Positions 28,055 to 41,500 of a DNA stretch of 64,000 nt are shown piece by piece. The stretch comes from Styela clava. Lineage: Eukaryota. Position 1 is the stretch's first letter, and each line of letters begins with the position of its first letter. Location of the stretch: assembly GCF_964204865.1 (NCBI RefSeq), contig NC_135254.1:14942001-15006000 (forward strand). The letters are read 5' to 3'. The position numbers and the translations under genes are program-made. The notes below the pieces were generated by a model that made no database searches, was not told the DNA's origin, and saw only the letters and a list, made by a program, of their open reading frames with translations.

Positions 28055-28965
28055 AAAATTACACACGGCAATCATTATATATCGCTAAACTCGCATGCGT
28101 CAAACAGGCCTTCTAGGCATAACTTATGAATAGATAAAAAAAAAACTATCAAGATATTTATATGATATGACTTCTGTGATTCACGCTTCTTTATCGGTTT
28201 TATTTCAACCGCCAAACTGTTGCAAATAAGAGCATGTGCAGCAGTATGGAATATGAAGGTAAGATATTATTCTATTGATTTATTTTTTGTTATGTTTATA
28301 TTTTGACAAAAATTACCGGAACCGTGACAATGAGGTAAGTTTTTATGAGGTTAAAAACTATTTAATTAATTTAAAAAAGTATTTTAATTAGTTTTTAAGG
28401 TTGAAATGGTAAAGTTTTCAAATTCAGACATTTATTCGACCCTATTTACTTTTTAACCTTTTAAACGGGAAAAGATTTGGAATAATTAAATTAATTAAAA
28501 AATTGAAACAAATTCAGTTTTAGAATTTTTTTAAACCGGTTGAATTTTGAAATACTCCTTGAAATTTCAAAATGAATGATAGTTTGAAATTAAATGTCTA
28601 TCTAGACTCCTATGGATTTTGAGGTTCTCATTTCTTAAAAATAGGTATGAAAATTATAATATCAAGATTGCTTACTCTGAATCTGTTCGGCAATTCCTCC
28701 TTGCATTATTCACTACGATGCGAAGTAAAAATTACGCACGTAAATCACAATATATCGCTCGACTCGCGTGGGTCATGCGTCGAACAGATCCCTGAGGCAA
28801 AAGTTTTGAAGAGATAAGGAAATTTCAAGCAATTTATGTGGAATGGTGTTTTATGACTCACGTTTGTTTATCTGTTTTATTTCAGAGAGTTACATGTTGC
28901 AAGACAGAGCACATGGAGTAGCATGAAAGTGGGAAAATGAAGGTAAAATATTATTCTCTTAATTT
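28055..28965 (+). promoter_or_regulatory. Duplicated ~230-bp upstream blocks (28055-28280 and 28728-28965), each ending ATGAAG|GTAA; putative alternative first exons of fucosyltransferase 3
   Basis: Colinear similarity AAAATTAC.CACG...TATATCGCT..ACTCGC...CATGCGTC.AACAG...TTTATC.GTTTTATTTCA...TGTTGCAA..AGAGCA...ATGAAGGTAA.ATATTATTCT. Confidence 0.55.
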
Positions 28966-30771
28966 CTTTTCTCGGAATTTAAAAAAAATGCAATTTCGAG
29001 ATACCTTTTCATTTGGGTATTCGGAAATTATATTCTCGATTTCATCTTGTAATTGTTTGTTTTATAACATGCTGTATGTAACAATAACAATTTAGCTTGA
29101 TCATTTGATAGAAAATTGTTCCGCGAAATATACGAAGTTTGGTTCAGGGTTGCGTTTGGCATAGAGTTCAGTTAGGCCTAATTTCTTTTTTGTATGATTT
29201 CTTTTATTCCGGTGGTTAGAATACTGAATAAAACCAACTTTAATAGATCTGTTATTTAAAACCCATTCCACGCGGCAAATGTGGAATAAACAAACATTGA
29301 TAATACATTAAGCTTGGTCAAAAAAGCACAAATTTGCATTTTTCATGATTTTGGTCAAATTGCGTTTTGTTTGTTGGATAGATTCGTAAAGTTCAGCTTG
29401 TTTAGGAATTTATTTATATTTTTAGTTATAGTAATAGAAGTTGAATATTTGCAAAGCAATGTTGAAGACTTGAGGATTTGATGTTTTCGTGGAAACTCGT
29501 TATTTCTTTCATCATTGGTAGTAGTTCTTCGCTTAATTAACCTTATTTATTTCTAGGTGTAAATAACCAGTCTAATCTTGTCATTGAAATATGTAGACGA
29601 GTAAACGATAAGACTATACGCATGAACGTAAATGATTGAACACCGTCAAGAGGTTACGCCACTTATGTGAACCACAACGACCTCGGGGATTATATCGTTT
29701 TTACTGTATATTATTTATAAAAACTGTCTAAAAATCATATTCGCTTCACAATTATTTACGAAACACTTACTATTTTCTGGGGGCATTCAGATTGTTTAAA
29801 GATAAGGTATTACTCAGGATGAGAATATATTAATATAGCACTGATTTGTATATATTTACAATTATTCACGAAAGGTAAAAACATACTGGGGATTTGGGGG
29901 TAGCCGTATCTATAATGGTTACACAAAACGCCTGCTGTTGAAATACACCGCCAATACTCAATTATCCGACAGAGTGTCGGAATCGAAGGCATTAGCATTT
30001 TATGATAATATATACAGTGGTACAACAAGTAAAATTTGTCGCCGTTGGCAATGTTTTGGTTATATCTTTATTGGAATCGATGATTATTAATATTTTGGGT
30101 TGGTATAATGTACAAATGTGACATCATTGATATAAAAACAAATTTCATTCATATTTAAGTGTAAAACATATTGAGTGATTAGGTCAGTCAAAAATGGACC
30201 GCATGCAAATGGAGTGGAGTTACCCAGGAAGAGTAAATCAACTTTGATCCCGGTGATCAAACATTCAATATGGTCTTTATTACAAATGCGCTATAATGAG
30301 AACCTAAAAGGTATAAACTTATACGGATTCTGTACAGCGTACACATGAATTTTAGCATTCGACGATTTTTAATCAGATTGACTGAAGATAATATGCGGAG
30401 TCAATCGAGTTTTTAAATCTCGATTTAACGCAAAACCTGCCTCCGGCAAGGCGGTAATTATTTTTATATAATGCTGTTTGATGTGTATTACGTTGATTCG
30501 GTATGAAACGTGTTCAATAACACATGCGAACGATTCTGTTCGTTTCGACAAACTTCAAAATAATAAACGCAATGAAAAAGGGAAAAAAGGTAAGTAAAAA
30601 TAAGGTATTATTGTCCGGATGGGAAATTTGATGGTTTTTAACCGTTCAACACTACAAATAATGGGTTAGTCGACAATAACGTCAAAATATTCTAATATAT
30701 ATGAGCGAGTCGACGTGCAGTAAAAAGATTTCCAATAAGTTGATCAATTAGATATAAATTTTTGCATTTAG

Positions 30772-33554
30772 ATTCCACGTTTGAAAAGCCATTTCAGAGC
30801 TAGATCTCGTGGATGGAAGACACGGAATATTATATCACTATTTCTATCCGGAATTATATGTTATGCATTAAGCAAACGACTGAAATTAAGCATTAGAAAT
30901 CATGGTGATTTTCCATCAATAAATTTAAAAAGGAATGAAATTGGAAGAACCAGAGTCTATCAAGAAAAACATGATTTATCAGACAATATGAACGCCATTG
31001 AAAACTATGTAATTCGACCTCCGAAAATTATCGTTGAGGACAAAAAAGATGGTATAATTGAAGAAATAAAAACAGAAAAGTTCAAAACGATTAAAAATAT
31101 TGACATGAAGCAAAAGAGCGCGAAGGAAAAAGTTGAGAACTTTTCTTCGTTAGAAGACACGCGACCGCCTATTATTTTAGTGTGGAAAGCCATGGAATAT
31201 CAAATGAGAAATTACAAGAAACATCTGGAATATTTTTCTCCAAACGAATGTGGAGGATGCCAGGTGACGACAAATAGATCACTTGTTAGAGAATGTTCAG
31301 CCTTGGTTCATTTCAATGCACCGGATTTACAAAAATATATGGATGTACCTGATCCAAAAACCAGGTAAGTTTAATTTTGTGATAAATAAATATTGGGGAC
31401 ATAGGGCATACATATAGAATGAATGTACAACCGGCTACTGATTGTCGTGCGTATAAAAGTATAAAAGTTGTCGTTTAAAACAATCAAATTTGAATTCGTA
31501 TGTTCGGGTCATGCTGATATATATAGTTTATATGGGATCCAACCTACTCGAGGGAAAAAGGTTATGTGTATGTAGTATATATGACCACAGAAAGCGCTTA
31601 AAAAAATGACACTTTTGCGCTCAAATGTGAGTTAGACTCAAGAGCGTAGCCAGCCCAAACATTTTTTGTATAATGAAGTGATACGATGATCACTCGTGCC
31701 TTTTGCTCCCAACAAAGTCAGATAAAAGTTGCCACTGATATCTAACAACATCTTATAGAATCGCTCTACACACGTACTTCGCTGTCGAAGTTATTCAATG
31801 CGTATAAGCGCGCATTTTCGTCTATTTCGTTTGGTTCATTTGGTGAAAGGATTATTGATAGCAAGTCAAGAAACGTCCGGTTTTCAGTAAATCGTTCGAG
31901 AATAGAGAAAAATGCTGTCGAAAAGGGCGTATGAATTTATGTCTCACCGCAAATGCCGTAAAATTGCATTTGATAAAAAAAAATGTTGAGTTTTTTTATT
32001 TTTTGGAGAGGGAGGGGGCATGGCCTCTCAATCCCGGCGGCTATCAATCTTCATTACAGGAGGTCCCGATACAAATAACTTAGTGAAACCGCGGGCCGCA
32101 CCTTCATTTAGCTTCCGTATCTCATTACCTTTACTCTCCTTAAATTGCTCGCTGCTCAGCAAGCGACAGCTTTGTGAATCGCGTTGCTCGCTTCGCACAA
32201 ACTAGCTGTTAGGACATTGTAACGTCGTAGGCATAGATAATACATTGAACGCAAAGAAATTGGAATTGCTCGCACGAAGCAGATTTAACTGAAATAAAAA
32301 CACGTCTCGTGGGGCGCATTTCGCCCGCAGGCCTCAGGTCTAAGCAACCAAACTTTTTCGAATGATGACAGAGCGCACCTAGGACACAGTGCCCTTCGAT
32401 AATAATGCCCTGAGCGCCCGCTTGAAAGCCATCCATCTTTAGTACGAGAACATACGTTATATACATTATTATTTCATATTGTTTTTCCAAAGATCAAACA
32501 CCTCACCCCACTATAATAATATATTTAATGTTGAATTAATATAAATATAATCCAAACCGTTGTTGTACACAAATTTTCGACTTAGGTGAATTTAAAAAGA
32601 AATGTCTCTTGACATGTATAGCAGATACGTACGGGGCTAAATATTTTTTTAAAATCCCGAGATGTATTTAAAAAAGCCCTTTTAAAATCTATTTTATTAT
32701 TTAACTAATAAATAAGTTTTCTCTTTTTCAGAAATCCCGACCAGATCTACGCGTTCTGGTCTCGTGAGACTCCATCAAAAACATACAAGTTCAGAAAGAC
32801 GTTACAAGATCCCCGATTTGATCCCATATTTAATCTGACAATGAATTTTCGTGTAGATGCTGATATCATAGATTATTTTGGAAATATTGAGTACGAGCTA
32901 AGATTTTTTCAAACTAAGAATCGGGACGGGATTTGGTTGAAGAAGATAATGAAGCGAAAGAACGGTCTTGCTATTTGGGCTGTCAGCAATTGCAACAGTA
33001 CATATGGCGCTACAGAAAGAATGAAATACGCAAAATCATTAATTGAAGCCGGACTGAATCTAACAACATATGGGGATTGTTTTAATAACAGATATCAATC
33101 GAGAACTATGACCCAAGAAATAATGCGGCATAGATTTTATCTATCTTTCGAAAACTCAGTTCACTGCCCTGATTATGTTTCGGAAAAATTCTGGAGAAAC
33201 GGCTTCCGAGGGGGAGCAGTTCCCATAGTTTGGGGACCCCGACGCGAGGACGTTGCTAAACAAGCCCCTCCGCATTCGTATATTCATACTGAAGACTTTG
33301 AAACACCAGAAAAGCTAGTCAAATATTTGAATTATTTGAATACCAATGATACAGCATATAAAGAATATCACTCTTGGAGATTTCGACCAGTTGACAATAC
33401 AATTTCTGAATATGATATTGAACCAAATCACAAATCAACACTGTGCAGACTTTGTAAGAAAATATTCGAAAAACCACGAATTCACAAAACGATTCCATCC
33501 GTTTATAAGTGGTTGTATGAAACACGATATTCAGATGATCTTTGTTTCAAATAA
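30772..33554 (+). CDS. Alpha-(1,3/1,4)-fucosyltransferase (GT10), paralogue 3; exons 30772-31364 and 32732-33554, start codon on an upstream exon
   Basis: TM IISLFLSGIICYAL, PPIILVWKAMEYQM, GT10 motif FYLSFENSVHCPDYVSEK, conserved phase-2 intron. No ATG before the TM; phase-0 acceptor at 30771. Confidence 0.9.
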
Positions 33555-35510
33555 ATTGTATATACTACTTTTTAGTGTCGTCATGAAGTAAGTTTTATAA
33601 ATACACCCTACTTAATCAAGCTTTACATTTATATAAACGATGAATGGATACGCAACTCTGACCTAAAAGATTCCATTTTTTCTAAAAATTGTGGCTCTTT
33701 ACGTACCATTGCCAGCTTGTTTACAGCTTATTTCAAAGAAAAGGTGTGAACTTGTCGCGCTATCGATAGTTTGCAATGAAAATAGAATTAAACCTTAAAA
33801 GAAATTTTTATATTAACAAGTGTGTTCATGATGAAGATCCAAAAATGTGAATACTTGGTAAATAAATCAAAGCGCAGTTATTTTAATTCATTTTACCATA
33901 ATGAAAAGAATTGTTGGGGCCAGCAACCATTTGTCCGAATATGAAAAGTAATGTACTACATGGAGAAATTTCAAATCGATCATGCCGTTCCCATTTTTTG
34001 CTTCTTCTTGTAATTTGATTGAAAAAACTCTTTCAATGCAAATACCAAAATGAATGTGTGCTTGCTTGTAGCAGTCAATTAAAAAACATTTTATCATTTG
34101 ATCGAACGCATTATGAAAAATGAATAATGCATTCATGCTTTTCCCTAGTGGGTTATTATTGATTGTGCAATAATAAATTGATAATGCTGGATATATTGAG
34201 TTAATTGCAATTGAGTAATTTAGATTCATATTTCATAAGGCATGAATCTTACTCATGGGCGGGCCTAGGGGAGGGCCATAGGGGGAACCGCCCGGCAGCA
34301 CGTTGTTTAATGGGATACAGATCCAAGCTGTAGAGTTCGCGTTATTACACATGTTTTTTCGATGTGTCTTTAAAGGCTGACATTACGTGTATAGTCTTGT
34401 GTGACTGGTTGGGTTGGTAGTTAGTCAGCAATGGTTGACTGCACTTTCCCGCCAATTTGCTCGTCTGGTCATTGCGTGATGTAGCGCAGTAATACAAATA
34501 TTTCACTCTCACTTGCTTTTTAATTTATTTTTATGTATAACAACATCTATAATTTATTTATACCTCGAATTATTTTTGAAGTTAGGTATGAGAGGAATCA
34601 TTATCAGAAACACCCCATGAGTAGTAGAAAAGTTTGGCACGATCCTGATCATACTGTATACATCGTTTTTTGCTGTGATCGATCCATAATATGCATAAAC
34701 TCATTGAGTACTATCAGATAGGTGGGAAGTATGATATGATCAGAAATCTTTGACTGAAAGTTAAATGACCTTTGGTACTGCTCAAATGATTGAGTTGGGC
34801 TGCTAAAAACTGCAAAATCTGTACCGTGAACTTTAATGGGCATCGACCCTATAGCTATATAGATAAACCACAAGCCACCACTGCAATCAGCGTAAAATTT
34901 ACTAACTTAACGTTTAATCTTTTTTTCATTACCACAAGTGATTAGAAGAAACCTCTGAATGTTCACCTTATTTCTGCATTAGTGTATAGTACCATCATGG
35001 TCCTCAGAGTTGGAAGACTCAGAACAATGTACAATTATAACTGAAGTAAAAAGATAGGAAGAGAATATAAATCTATAGATAAACAGCCTGCTTTTAAGTA
35101 ATGATTCCGTCATCCATTTTCATCAGAATTGCATTTACAATCGGTTTGTTATCTCTAACATTGTTTAAAGCTGCAAAACTCGGAACGTAGTGCATTGCGG
35201 AAGATATGCGTAAACATAAATGCTTGACACAGAAACTACTCTAAACTGATTTAACGATTTATTCTGCCTTTGGCCAGTAATACATTGTGAAAAATTACAA
35301 CTGAATCAGTTTTCGAAAATTGAATTGAAAAAAAAAATGGGTTTAATTGATGAACGAAAAAATGAATGATTTCCAGTAAAAGGATTATTTTCATGAAGAC
35401 TGAAAGTTTGCTCTCTAACAGACGATGTAGTTTAAATCAACACGTAAAACATAGTTAATGGCAAAAATTATACAAATTCAATTATGTTATATATGTGGAT
35501 TTTATTTCTG

Positions 35511-38500
35511 TTACAGCGCACTTCCGCTTGGGTTTTCATCGGCATTGTCGTAAGCGACGTTCTTATAGGCAATCTCTTCTTTTCCGTTAGATTCGTGACC
35601 GCCATTTGTCATTCCGGCTGACATCATAGCTTCTGAAATAAAGCAAATTATTACATACAGAGGTTAATCGCCCATTACACAACAATTAGCAAATGCACCA
35701 AGGCCTATAGCACAAGGATATATTTTTTCAAATATCGAATAGTTTTACCTTTCGTGTCTTTTCGTGATTTATACAAAATGACTCCGAGCACCACAACAAA
35801 TATGAGCACTGCTCCAACAATACTGAGTGAAATAATAAGAGCGCGATGCTCGTCCTGTGGTGTGGCAATGGCACAGCCCTCAACAAATGTAACTTGTGAT
35901 ATTTCTTTACCAATCTCTTCTTTTGGTTCGGCGCATGTTGGGCTATCAACTGTATCCGGATAGGTGTTTATGTAGTCTGCAAGATTCTGAAAAATCAATA
36001 TTGCTGAATAAGTAACCGTCATTATACTGATTTTATCATTTGCAGTGTGTCTTTACACGGGCAAGATGAAAATGAAATTAAAGGTGCGACCACAGTAGCG
36101 ATTTATCAGTTAACCGTAATCTAAAATAGTAAACAAAATTACACAGGCCGCCTAAGTGGTCATTGGTCATAAATAAAATAAAATTGGGACTTTTTAATAC
36201 GCAACTTGGCGTAATTCTCTTTACCCTCAAGCGAGACAATCTCAATGCCCCCTCACGAGCACGTCCTGTTGTCAGTCTACTCAAAATTAATATTGTGAAA
36301 AAATTATTTCAAATTAATATTTGTGCTCTTGTGTATCACATTAATCATATATCAGTTTGCGATTGTGATATTTTAATTATAAATTTTATGTGCGGTAATT
36401 TATCAAGTCTGTTTAATTTTCATATATAAAAAATCTGAAAATAAATAATTTTTTAATATTGAAGAATTTTTCAAAATCAAAAGGTCTATGAGGCCTAATT
36501 AGAGAATAGCGCTTCTCAAGCTCAAAAACAACATTGATGCAAACTTTTTTGCGCCCTAATTTCATCCAAACTTACTCTGCACACCATTGAGTCTATGATA
36601 ATTCGTGATTGTTGTTGGCTTCTGCTGTGCAAGTCACGTATTTTTTCCAATTGGTACACAAATTAGGTGTACGCACACAGTTTTAGTGAGTAAGGGTAGC
36701 CACGGTTCTAAAATAGCGGGTGTAAATAAATAAGTTTCATGAATATTTGAAAATATGTACCTGCAGTTTACAGTCACAATTCCAGGGATTGTCAGATAAC
36801 CTTGCGTAAAATCCAGGATTTTCCACAATGCTCAATGTCTTCCCACTCATCGTTTTCAATCCACCATTGTTCAAATACAATCCTCGCAACGTCTTTCTTT
36901 GAGTGAAAAATGCATTTTCGGACAAACTCATCAATCGACTGTTGTAACTTAAATCGATATACTGCAGAATAGGTGCGGATGAAAATGTCTTGTCGTCGAT
37001 AATTTCCATATTGTTGCTCTTTGAACAAAATATAAAACAATTGTTGAATAAGTATTGAGACTATCACAAGCGATACCGGGTCTGTTCTCTGTACGTTATC
37101 TGATTTTGTACAAAAGTATATACCCTCCATAAAAAAGGTATACAGCGGCAAAAGAATATCACAAATATTCTACTCACGCCTAAATGCAATTGACGTAATT
37201 TAGGAGCTCCAGCAAATGCTTCATCCTCGATAATGTAAATATAATTGTCAGTCACATTGAGTATTTCGAGATTTTTAGCATTTTGGAAAGAGGAGGCTCT
37301 GAGTGCTTTCAGTCGAGATTCTCGAGCATCGAACAAGGTTACGCCTGGTGGGATGATTGGAAGATAGTCCAATTCGTTACCGGATAGATCGATATAATAA
37401 ATATCCGGAGAATTTCTGAACACATCTTCTGACATGTTTGAGAGTTTGTTGTATGCCAGCCCAACATATTTTAAACTCCTGTAATATAAAAAATACTCGA
37501 TATTATAAAAATTAATCTTCCCGATATATTTAACCGTTACACGGTGTTGAATATCAAAACCGCGTGTAGTAATTATTTAAACAGGAATACGCGACTTTAC
37601 ATCAGAGAATAGCCCATTGCGAAGCAAACACAAGGACTACATCAAAATAGTTGTTGCAAACGGCCAAGGTGAGTACGTACGTACGTTCAGTACGTTAACA
37701 CAAATAAAAAATATTAATCATATTTTCCGATGAAAGAATATATGTTGTACAAAAATGGTATAGAATAAAATGATGATTAAAAGAAGCATGTTTGCTCAAT
37801 TGTACAGATTCCGACCGGATTTACGAGGCACGGACACCTGTCGTAAATAACAAGTCGTTAAGAGTAGCTGTAGGGATGGATATACGGCTTTAATCGCCAT
37901 TGTATGGAGTAAGTTTAAAGAAAACAACATTGTAATGTAAAAGAAAACTTCAATAAAGAACTATAATAATTCATCACAATACCAATTCAATAATAAAAAG
38001 CTGAATATAGAACTTACAAGCAATTTGCAAATGTGTCCGAAGATATTATTCTGATAGAATTATAGTTCATTGAAAATTGAATAACAGATACCATATCTGA
38101 AAAGGCGTTTGGTAGGATAACAGAAACTTGATTGTCGTTCATGTTGAAAACCTGTTTTGATCAAAAACCGTAATACTTACACAGAAATAATATATAACAT
38201 CGATATAAAATTAAAATATATAGATGAATTTATTTTTGTTGGTTGGCACTCATGTGCATTAGTCTGAAGATATAGTTTTACAGCTGCTTTAAAATGGTCC
38301 AAAGGAATTTCCATTGTCGACACTCTTCTCACGAAAAAAAGGTTCAAGACAACGGACGTTACCTCGAGATTTCTCATTCCTCTGAAAATTCCAGTTGGAA
38401 TATTATCGAAAAGATTATCATGTAGAGTCAGTTGCTTTAAGGTTTGTTCGGGTCCAGTGAACGCAAATATATCCCAGAAATCAATGCTATTATTATGAAG

Positions 38501-41500
38501 GTACAGGTATCTGGAAAAAATTTGGAGTACGTAAAATCAAAGTCTACGGCATCGACTAAAAACTAAATAGTTTTGGTTTGAAAGCGCTAACGTGGCAAGA
38601 GTTTTTCTAAGTTTATATTCAATAAATTTACTGCGCTGATTCATCAGCTGAACTGGTTAATCAAAATGGCATGGTGCCGTGTGTGTTAAAATATAGCAAC
38701 GCCATGTATGTCGAGGACATTTGACTCTGCTGAAGCATACTGCCTGTCATTTGACAAGATGGTATTTTGATGTGAAATTCATTCTCTTGGTTGTGCTGCT
38801 TAAGATAGCAGTCTTCGTTTCAGCTAATAAAAGCCTAAGATATGAACCCTAGTTGGGTTCATCAAAAGTGGTCTATCTACAGAGCGAAACTTTCTGTAAA
38901 CGGTAATTGGAATTACTTGCTAAATACCAAGATATTCCGTATATCAACCAATTAGAAAAAAAATTAGTATATATCATTGGTTTTATTATCATTACCACAA
39001 AAAGCACTAATCGTTTGTTGTTTTGCACGAGACATTTTTGTTCATGAAATGTATTTAACATGTACTTACTCAAGTTTTGTGAGATGAAGAAAGTCGTAAT
39101 TACGCAGTGATGAAATATTATTTCCTTGCAGAAAAATTTCAGTTGTACTTGGTGGAAATCCAACAGGCACCGCGTTCAACTCTAAACATTTCGTACATAA
39201 GTTAAAATTGAAAAAATAATCTTTATTCATCCACTCGAGTATTCAAAGTATACTCTTTGGAGCGATTTTTGGACGTCTTTTGCGCGAAAAGTCATTTGTG
39301 CGAAACCCCCATTTGTGCGAAACCCCAATTTGTCCACAAATCCCACTTTCTATGCCGAATCTAACAGATTGCCTTGAGTTTTGCTAAAGATTGCTAAAAC
39401 CCAATCTCAATTTCTATCTACTTTATTCAGTTGGTCCTTGGTTACGCAAAAGTACTGTTAACTGTATTTAACATGTCACGTAATGCCATTTTTGTTAAGG
39501 CAAGGCATAAAACTAGTTGTGAGTATAGGATTATCGACGTGACACCACATAGCAGTAACAAATCTGACAGCGGGTTTCCAACTTTATCGGGCAATGATGT
39601 TGTTTCTAAAGATCAAAATGTAAAAAATCTTTCAAGGATGTCTAATTAAAAAATAAAATATTTTCTTACGTCTGCTTGAACAGTCAACAATTGTTGTGTT
39701 CATTGATTTGATACAATCACATCCAAACGGACACGTTGTTTCATCAGTGTAATGTCGTTCTGGGTCAATCGAAAGAACCGACCTCCCCCTGAGATTTTCT
39801 GGCTCTGCACACACCATAGTTGCTCGGCCAAAACCAATACGGGGATGAGTGTTCATCCACTATTAAAGAAACGCAATGAAAAGAGTACAGTGGACTAACT
39901 ACTCATCTTTGGATAGTGGATCTCTATACATATAGATAATATAATTATGCTGTTGCGGTGAAGATGACTAACTCTCGTTTTAGAGTCATTTATATGACTT
40001 GAGTACGGAACAAAATAGAAATTAGATGATAAAGTAGCAGATTTTCCTACAAAAATGAGTTTTTGTGGTAATTAAATTCGAAATTGCTTAAAATTATGAA
40101 AATACTGCTAAAACACTTTCTGAGTAATGTGAAAAAACCTTACCGTGAGATATACTTGCAAACTTGAATCACATATCAATGTATTTATGTCATAGGTATA
40201 AACTTTTTCCAATTTATCGTTTCTATTAACAAGTCGAGGATTAATTCCAGTCAGGGCGCTGTGAAATATGAAAATATAGATTTGACCGTTTTTATTTTGA
40301 ATGCCTTGTAGTACAGTCAACATAACTTTTTATTTTATTTTATTTGAATAATGCTTTCAGAGGATTTGTATAGTGAGTTGATGAGATTTATCTACATCAT
40401 TCAAGTTTTCAGTTTGTTGAGATATATTCTCTGATTCTGTGATGCTGACTGAAAGAAAATGAGTAGCTTTTATTAGATATGAGTAAAATATGACTAACCT
40501 TCCACTCATGTCAATCATGGTCAAATTGGTGTTACCAGCAAAAGCGTCGACATTAATATCTTTCAAATTAGGATTTCCTGCCACTGATACTTGCTCCATC
40601 TGTTAAATAATATTAAACTTAAATAAAAACGAAAAGTCTCACAATATTTCCATGTTGGTAAGCTCGGAGGATAAAAACACACATCATATCCAGGTACTTT
40701 TAGCATTTTTTTTCTTTAATATATGGATATATCACAAGTACTTCGCATTGAATGCATTTCGTGCAGAACAAATATTAATCTTATTAATACAATAAGGAAA
40801 TGTAGGATAGGACATTCAGTATTCGACATGTATCACAAATATCAATTGAAATATAATGAACCGCATGAGGGTTCCTCGTTGCAATTGGTTACTATGGAGG
40901 CGACGAACGTCACAAAGGGTGAACTGATCGGGGGGAGTATGGCGTTATTTAGGCATGCGATGAGCCTGTTCGAGTAGGTTGCATTCCTAATCCTAATCTT
41001 TACAGAATTATACAACTTATCACTCTTTTGATTCAATAACTGATTCAATTGAATTTTTGTTCTAAAATATTGTTGAATAGGGGTAATTGCGTTCGTCACA
41101 ATGCTTTAGAATGAATACTATGACGCTAAATCAAGAAGAACAATATATACTTGTGCTAATGATTTGGTTTCTGCGAGACTAACTACTTATCCTTCTTCTT
41201 TGCTTTTGAGTAATCACTTAGAACAATATATATGTGTGATTTTTGACTCCAATATTAAGTGATAATTATGACCTGACATCATTGAATTTCTCATTTGTTG
41301 CGAACGCTGCTATAAGTAAGCGATAGGTAACTAATTTTCAGCACATATTCTACCGGAAATGTGGTAATTCGTTAACTAGTAAAACAAAAATAATGAAGAA
41401 AATATTGATGTAAATTCTCGTCGCACTTACGTAATCCAGTCCATTGAATGCACTAGCATCGACAGTCTTTATATCATTGTCGTGAATATATAGTAAAATG

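Noticed and set aside
39294-39345. Three copies of ATTTGTGCGAAACCCC-like 16-17-mers in an LRR intron
   Set aside because: Short local slippage or repeat fragment; nothing supports a function.
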